From Raillietiella orientalis (Eukaryota), in the NCBI GenBank assembly GCA_036172245.1, contig JAYWIR010000009.1:2542001-2606000 (forward strand): a stretch of 64,000 nucleotides of DNA. Reading direction: 5' to 3'. The notes below the pieces were generated by a model. That model made no database searches, was not told where the DNA came from, and worked only from the letters and a program-made list of their open reading frames with translations. A program made the translations under genes and the position numbers. This document shows positions 63,311 to 64,000 of the stretch, piece after piece (the stretch's first letter is position 1; every line of letters begins with the position of its first letter).

Positions 63311-64000
63311 ATCTCGCAAGGAATTTTTTTCTTACTGAAGTTTTTCTTTTTTAAACATTTAGCTCGCAAATTTTAGGAAGGGTTTTTGGTGAAAATGTAA
63401 AGAGCGAATTGGCGTTGGAGAGAATTTCGGGAGAAAGTTCCACTTTATCGGAACCACGAAGGACAGATTGGATTCAGTTTGCTTGGATTCTATACAGAGC
63501 GTTAATGCACGAGGTCACAGTTTAAGCGATCTTCAATCGAATGAAGTAGGTGTCCGTACAGCGTTCCCATCATGGACAAAAAGCGCGAAAATTCCTGGAA
63601 CAAACCTCCGACGAAGGAACCTTCGAGGACAATTTCGTCTTCGAACGATATTCGCTCGTTCGAACGAATGTCGCCTAAAGACAGAATGCCAGAGACGCCG
63701 AAGAAGACAGCATTTATCTTCAGACGGACATTCTGCCCTCATACAGAAGGAATTATCAGAAGAACTCGTGTTGCTCGATGAGAAAGAATGTTCGAGGAGA
63801 CACACACATACTCACTACTTACGACAAAAGTGGAAACTGAGAGGATATTTCAGCATAAGAGACACCAGGAGCTTTTAAACCCACAACAACTGTAGGTCAA
63901 ACAAAGCAGCGGGATGTCGTGCTCTTCTTCAGCTGACATAACTTGGGTGAAACTGACATCGACAAGGTCACACTAAATGAACGGCCTAAGAATTTGTTTC

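Overview
This is repeat-dense eukaryotic DNA, probably from an animal. It has no operons, rRNA, intact tRNA or CRISPR array, and most ORF-track calls are shadow ORFs over decayed transposons. All alignments and motif matches were made by eye; no database search was run. Two interspersed families dominate. (1) About 12 5'-truncated L1/Tx1-like non-LTR retrotransposon fragments retain only the ORF2 C-terminus (zf-RVT-type CxxC..H....C knuckle) and usually the 3' UTR. (2) About 7 copies of a 0.7-1.0 kb SINE-like element have a tRNA-derived head (T-arm GCGGG-TTCGAAT-CCCGC) and a conserved ~120-bp core. Their body is an array of ~40-47 bp units, each opening with a small hairpin (often C-UUCG-G), followed by a structurally conserved subterminal hairpin, a ~30-bp 3' motif and an A-rich tail. 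That 3' motif is also found in the LINE 3' UTR, and 4 of the 7 SINE copies directly abut LINE fragments. This hairpin-array SINE and its probable LINE partner are the best candidate for an undescribed system. Also present: one clean AT-rich intronless 170-aa ORF of unknown function, a ~606-bp apparently identical duplication 46 kb apart, and very decayed RT, MULE and mariner remnants.
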